Source of the DNA: an uncultured Spirochaetota bacterium
GTDB taxonomy: Bacteria; Spirochaetota; Spirochaetia; SZUA-6; Fen-1364
Direction of reading: 5' to 3'
NCBI GenBank assembly: GCA_963845535.1
Contig: CAWJSK010000006.1
Coordinates: 1-64,000 of the forward strand
DNA: 64,000 nt
In this document: in pieces, positions 59,294 to 64,000 of the stretch
Position numbering within the stretch: position 1 is the stretch's first letter
Layout of the letters: each line of letters starts with the position of its first letter
Program-made: the position numbers and the translations under genes
The notes under the pieces: generated by a model
The model's input: the letters and a program-made list of their open reading frames with translations, nothing else
Databases searched by the model: none
Told to the model about the DNA's origin: nothing

Positions 59294-60067
59294 TTATGGC
59301 CTTGGTTTTCGAGCGCTGATCAGCTTTGAAGCCGCCCATGGGCCGCCATACCAGAAGCGCCAACCCAGGGAGCGGCTGAATGTTTCCTTCATACCCAGCT
59401 GCCGTAAATGCCTTGCATAGTCTGGCGTCACCGCTCGGAAGTCAACTATGACAAGCTTGCCGCCGGGCTTGAGAACACGCACCGCCTCGGTGATCGCTTG
59501 ATTGCGTCCGGAGAGGCTCGGAATATTGTGAATTGCCAGGCTCGAGAGGGCAACGTCGAAAGAGCCGTCAGGAAAGGGCAGCTGTCGCATGTCCGCTGTG
59601 TGCAGCTCCACCCTATCAGCAACCCTTTCACGCCCGGCGTTGTACACGGTGACAGCCTCGGCGTTGCCCGATTGATCGACGCTTTTCCAGAGATCAACAC
59701 CTGCAGCCCTTCCGCGAGGAAGAAGGCTGGCAGCCATCAGCAGGACGGCACCGCGGCCACAGCCCATGTCGAGGATCCGTTCATCTCCCCGCAGCCCAGC
59801 CTGGAGCAGGAGCTCAGCCCAGACACGGAACTTCCCGCGGCGCGTCGTGTAAAGATAGCTGACTGCGCTGAGGCCAAAGATGAAGCCACAAACCAGGCCG
59901 AGCACTCCGAGAAGCACGGTATTGAAGACCCAGAAGCCAAGGCATCCGATGACGAGCAAGAGAATGCCCGCCAAACCGAGAGAGATGGGAACCGGCGGCG
60001 CATCAAAACCGTAGTCGCCGTGTCGGCGGGCCAACTCCCGAACCCGTAATACATGAGAGCGTTCCAT
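59294..60067 (-). CDS. Class I SAM-dependent methyltransferase with N-terminal TM hairpin
   Basis: ILDMGCGRG, ADMRQLPFPDGSFDV, SLAIHNI, RVLKPGG. Confidence 0.92.
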   Translation of the reverse strand: MERSHVLRVRELARRHGDYGFDAPPVPISLGLAGILLLVIGCLGFWVFNTVLLGVLGLVCGFIFGLSAVSYLYTTRRGKFRVWAELLLQAGLRGDERILDMGCGRGAVLLMAASLLPRGRAAGVDLWKSVDQSGNAEAVTVYNAGRERVADRVELHTADMRQLPFPDGSFDVALSSLAIHNIPSLSGRNQAITEAVRVLKPGGKLVIVDFRAVTPDYARHLRQLGMKETFSRSLGWRFWYGGPWAASKLISARKPRP

Positions 60068-60460
60068 AGCGTCGCAGCCTCCTCGCCGTCAGCAAGAGCC
60101 CACTCTATGAGAGAATGACGGGGAAGCCAGCCTCCTATTGCATATGCGTCTTCTGGCAGGATCGTTTAGCTCTGAGAAAACATCCCTTGCCACACATCTT
60201 TCCGCAGGAGATCGAAGGCGGCTTGTGCGCGGTCGACACGTCCCGAGGCTACCGGCGCAAGGAAAAACGGGCGGGCAATGCAAAACCCGGGTCGCCAAGC
60301 AGTTCGGCGGCCAGTGAGCGTTGCCAACACCGATCACATAGGAGAGATAGCGCAGGCACGTGGCGCGGCCAGCCCTCCGAACTGGAAGACAAACGCCGCT
60401 CCTTCATGGCTTCGGACCGCGGCGGTAACGGAGCTGTTGCCGCCGCCGTAGCTCAGCGCA

Positions 60461-60577
60461 TTACTGTCGCAGAACGGGCGCTCCTGTCCAGGCAAGTCGC
60501 TCAAGCAGGGCCGCCGCCTCAGCAGACGGATCATGGCGGGCAAAGTCCTCGCGGATTCGCTCCGCATTCTCTCGGTA
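60461..60577 (-). pseudogene. C-terminal fragment of a GT1/MGT-like glycosyltransferase
   Basis: YRENAERIREDFARHDPSAEAAALLERLA..GAPVLR resembles a GT-B C-terminal helix pair; no matching N-terminus. Confidence 0.45.
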
Positions 60578-60922
60578 GCCTGACCAGGCAACTCGTGCAA
60601 AGAAGTTGAGTAGATATAAAGAAACGAAAATCATGACTATATATTGACCGATATCGTTTTGGGCTGATTCCGCTGCTCGACTCGGGTTGCCCCCGATGAG
60701 ACTATGCACAGTCCGACGGCTGTCTGGAGACTTCGCCACATGGCAACGCCCATCGTACTCGCAACGTGAACGCTCGACAAGCGGATTTTGGAGAGCTCTT
60801 AACGCGGACCGCTCAAACACGATATGCTATGATAATGCTGCGAAAGAGATTCGACATACCACATTCCGCACATCCAATTGAGCCTTTGGTCCGCGTCGGT
60901 CTCTCGCGCAGTCTTGCCACTC

Positions 60923-62470
60923 CTATCTCGACGTGAGCTCTTCGCTGAGCGCGACCTGGCCTTCCTTCAGCTCTTCCAGGCCATGATCTCTCAGCACGCT
61001 TCCGCTGGCCCTTTCCAGCTCCAGCGTCGCCTGCCGATAGCGGACCACCGCTTCCAGCTCATGCTGCCGGGCCTGCCGCAGGGCATCCTCGGCGCTGTAC
61101 ACTTCCGGGAGGCTGCCGGTCCCGTCGTGCACGCGGGCGATCTGGACCTCCAGGAGATCTCCTTTGACTTGAGCCACTTTGTGCTGGTTATCGATGTGCT
61201 CGCGCAGCGTTGCTATGCTCTGGACGAGCGAAGCGATGGTGTCGGTCATCTGCTTGTGCGCCGCCGCCAGCCTGACTGATGCAAGCTCTCTCTTGAGCTG
61301 CTCGACCTCAAGGTCATTGCGCTGCTTGACGCCGAAGAGAAGCGGGAGGCGGAGCTCCAGCCCGATGGACCATGTCGGATAACTCTGCGTCCCAAGGCTG
61401 TCCAGGGAGTCCTGGGGGGTGTCACCGAGCCCCGTATACCCGTAACTGCCCGTCAGGTCGAGCTCCGGCAGCGCCTGATCCTTCTGAAGGTCCACGAGGA
61501 CCCCTTCCTTGGCCACCTGCTCCCCCTCGATCATGAGATCGGGTTGCGCGCGCTCGGCCCACTCCTGATAGCTTCTCTGTTCGGCCGCCGGGTTCCAGTG
61601 CGCGTTTTCGTCGACGACGAGCGAGTCGGCTGCCACGATTGCCTGGCTCCCGTCATCCGGGGAACCGGCTACGAGCAGCCGAAGCTGCCGCATGGCCTCG
61701 CTGACGGTGAGCTCGCCGTCCTCCCTCGTTGCCTCCCGGGAGGCAAGCTCCGCTTCCGCTTCACGGACGTCCAGGTCTGACATTCTCCCCACGCGCGCCG
61801 CCTCCTGGGCCGTCTGGAGGAGGTCCCGCGCCACCTGCACCGAGTCGGAATCCATGCGGAGGACCTGCTGCGCAAAGCCGAGATTCCAGTAGGCGGCCTC
61901 CGCTTGGGTCACAGCGGTCATGAGCTGCCGACGATATTCGTGGAAAGCGATGATGCGGTCCTCGAAAGCGGTCTTAATGGATGCCATTGGGGCTCCATGG
62001 GTGAATCCCTTCAAGAGAGGCTGCTGCGCGGAAACGCCGACGAAGGATTTGAACTGCCCCTGCTCCACGTAGGTATCCTGCAGCCTCGTCAGAGAGGCAC
62101 CGACGTTGTAATTTGCCCCGGTGGGAAGGTTTCCTTCGACCGCGAGGGAGTATGCGTCATTCTTCTCGTCGTACAGCGGCGTGCCGAGCTGCTGGAATTG
62201 TTCCAGCGCGGTGTTCTGCTGGTGCAGACCCTGATCTTTGTAGCTCGCATCGAGAGTCGGCTCGTAGGCGCCCCATTCGGCTCGAGCCTGTCCCGTTCGG
62301 ATCAGCCACTGCAGCCGGGCCTCGCGTACCCCCGGGTTGGTGCGTACGACGTCGGTCACGAAAGCATCAAGGCTCACCGGACGACCCGGTACGGACATCT
62401 CCTGTCCCCCCGCCGCACCGTGGCAGAGCGCCAGGAAGCCCACGACCCAAAGGACGGTCTTGCCTTTCAT
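60923..62470 (-). CDS. TolC-family outer-membrane channel
   Basis: Signal peptide, QQPLLKGF, AYWNL, LPELDLTGSYG, WSIGLELRLPL, LERASG. Confidence 0.9.
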   Translation of the reverse strand: MKGKTVLWVVGFLALCHGAAGGQEMSVPGRPVSLDAFVTDVVRTNPGVREARLQWLIRTGQARAEWGAYEPTLDASYKDQGLHQQNTALEQFQQLGTPLYDEKNDAYSLAVEGNLPTGANYNVGASLTRLQDTYVEQGQFKSFVGVSAQQPLLKGFTHGAPMASIKTAFEDRIIAFHEYRRQLMTAVTQAEAAYWNLGFAQQVLRMDSDSVQVARDLLQTAQEAARVGRMSDLDVREAEAELASREATREDGELTVSEAMRQLRLLVAGSPDDGSQAIVAADSLVVDENAHWNPAAEQRSYQEWAERAQPDLMIEGEQVAKEGVLVDLQKDQALPELDLTGSYGYTGLGDTPQDSLDSLGTQSYPTWSIGLELRLPLLFGVKQRNDLEVEQLKRELASVRLAAAHKQMTDTIASLVQSIATLREHIDNQHKVAQVKGDLLEVQIARVHDGTGSLPEVYSAEDALRQARQHELEAVVRYRQATLELERASGSVLRDHGLEELKEGQVALSEELTSR

Positions 62471-62635
62471 CCCTTCCTCCCCCTTCACAAGGACACAAAC
62501 CAGGAAAGAAGGTCAGGAAAATAAGGGAAAAATCAAGCGAAAAAGAATTTGCACCCCCGGGTCCGGATTTGTACTTTCTAGCCTGCCGTCCCGCGCGATG
62601 TTCTGCGGGCCGAGCCGAGTTCTGACAAAAGGGAG

Positions 62636-63460
62636 ATGGTGAGAAAGCTCGTCGTTCCTTTCTGCCTCCTGGTGCTTACGCTTCCGCAACACGCCAGCGG
62701 CCAGCAAGAGGCAGTGAGAGGGATAACCGAACCGTACCACGACGTGACCCTCAGCGTGACCGTTGCGGGGACCGTTGCCCAGATATTCAAGAAGGAGGGG
62801 GACACCGTCCGAGCCGGGGAAGATATCCTTGAGCTGGACAAGGACCTGGAGTCCCTCGAGGTAGAGCGCCGGCGGCTCATCTGGCAGACCACCGTCGAGC
62901 TGGAGGAAGCGAAGGCAAGGCTCGCCGCGTACACGCGTTTGGCGGAAAGCGCTCGGGAGCTGTACACCACCACGCATTCCGTGTCGGAGAACGACCTCAT
63001 GCAGAGGGAGCTCGAGGCAAAGCTTGCCGCCCTGGAGGTGCAGCGTCTCCAGGACGCGGGGCAGCGGCAAAAGATCGAGTACGACATTGCCCAGGCCCAG
63101 CTCGCCCGCAGGACCATCTCCGCGCCGTTCGACGGCGTGCTCGTCAAGCTGTTCGTGTACCTCGGGGACGCATGCACCCCCCCGGCTCCCGTCGCCCGCA
63201 TTGTCGACGTCTCCAAGTGCCGTCTTGTCACGCACGTGGACGCCGGGGCCTCCGCCGGGCTCGTGGCGGGCATGAGCGTCAGGATCTCCGTCCCCGGGCT
63301 GCCGCAATCCTCTTCCCGCGGCGTCGTGGATTATGTTTCGCCCGTCGTGGATCCCTCGAGCGGGCTGCGGGAAATCAAGGTCCTTTTCGACAACCCGGAC
63401 GGCAGGGTGCTTCCGGGGGTCACGGGCACGCTCCTTTTTTCGCCGAAAGGCCAGGGATAG
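62636..63460 (+). CDS. Efflux/secretion periplasmic adaptor (membrane fusion protein)
   Basis: Lipoyl-like KEGDTVRAG, coiled coil, ISAPFDG, SPVVDPSSG, VLPGVTG. Confidence 0.9.
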   Translation: MVRKLVVPFCLLVLTLPQHASGQQEAVRGITEPYHDVTLSVTVAGTVAQIFKKEGDTVRAGEDILELDKDLESLEVERRRLIWQTTVELEEAKARLAAYTRLAESARELYTTTHSVSENDLMQRELEAKLAALEVQRLQDAGQRQKIEYDIAQAQLARRTISAPFDGVLVKLFVYLGDACTPPAPVARIVDVSKCRLVTHVDAGASAGLVAGMSVRISVPGLPQSSSRGVVDYVSPVVDPSSGLREIKVLFDNPDGRVLPGVTGTLLFSPKGQG

Positions 63461-64000
63461 TGAGCAAGGAAGAGGCATTTCTCCCCGGGGCGCGGCCGGC
63501 GGAGTCATACGTACGCTCCCTGGAGCAACTCGCTCTCCTCCGGAGGTTCCAAGGTGAGCCGGCGCAGTTCTGGCGCGCATTCCTGGGGATCCTGTCGGAG
63601 ATGGCCGAGGCCGCGGGAGGGGCAATCATGGTCCGCGGCAATGAACGCGGCTCTCCGTGGCGCGTCGTGGCGGACACCCGCCCAAACGGGGACGGAGCGC
63701 AGGCGGCGGACCACCTTCCGGCGCACCTCGACGCGGTGGCAGACCAGTGCGCGCGGGAGGGAGTGGCCCTCTGGGGAACCGACGGTGATCGCCATGTCGC
63801 CCTGCGGGTGGACTCCGGCGCGGACGGCACGTGCCTCGCGTTGCTGCGGCTGAACGCGAGCCCCGCCTCCGCACGGGAGATCTCCCGCCGCCTGCTTCTG
63901 GCCGCGGATGCCCCCGCAAGCTACCAGGAGCGGAGGATCGCCCACGAATCCAGGACGCAAGTCGAAAGCTTCGCGGGGGCCCTCGACCTGGTTGTCGTCA
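63460..64000 (+). CDS. N-terminus of a probable GAF-like/HlyD-associated protein (truncated by window end)
   Basis: GTG overlapping the MFP stop; open to the window end: LRRFQGEPAQFWRAFL...LLLAADAPASYQ...FAGALDLV. Confidence 0.55.
   Translation, partial: MSKEEAFLPGARPAESYVRSLEQLALLRRFQGEPAQFWRAFLGILSEMAEAAGGAIMVRGNERGSPWRVVADTRPNGDGAQAADHLPAHLDAVADQCAREGVALWGTDGDRHVALRVDSGADGTCLALLRLNASPASAREISRRLLLAADAPASYQERRIAHESRTQVESFAGALDLVVV

Noticed and set aside
58847..59329. 160-aa ORF with a signal-peptide-like start
   Set aside because: No recognisable domain after the first ~25 residues and it overlaps the methyltransferase end; at most a relic.

Overview
GC-rich bacterial chromosome segment, most likely from a free-living spirochaete. 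This is inferred from the murG-holB-like-histidine kinase-sigma54 response regulator order known from Borrelia/Treponema (hk2/rrp2) and from spirochaete-style lipoproteins. Bases 1-20 kb are mostly core genes: MCP, NtrC-type two-component pair, holB-like, murG, diguanylate cyclase, caspase-like lipoprotein, uvrB, HtrA, ComM/YifB, rnhA, two cyclase-fold paralogues and a thioesterase, ending at tRNA-Met(CAT). Bases 20-64 kb are accessory: a GH65/ABC/LacI sugar locus, a fatty-acid desaturase with an orphan NarL regulator, three toxin-antitoxin loci (two degraded), GH4 alpha-galactosidase, an 11-gene sugar uptake/oxidoreductase/epimerase operon, many redox and stress enzymes, several gene relics and the start of a TolC/MFP/GAF-HlyD-like export locus. 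The best candidates for undescribed biology are (1) a translationally coupled pair of class III nucleotidyl-cyclase paralogues with complementary half active sites, a probable obligate heterodimer with non-canonical base-specificity residues, and (2) a ~65-nt structured, U-tract-terminated element upstream of melA that I could not assign to a known RNA family. Five single-base frameshifts in four genes suggest long-read indel errors. No CRISPR array, integrase or transposase was seen. All calls come from reading motifs by eye; no database searches were run.
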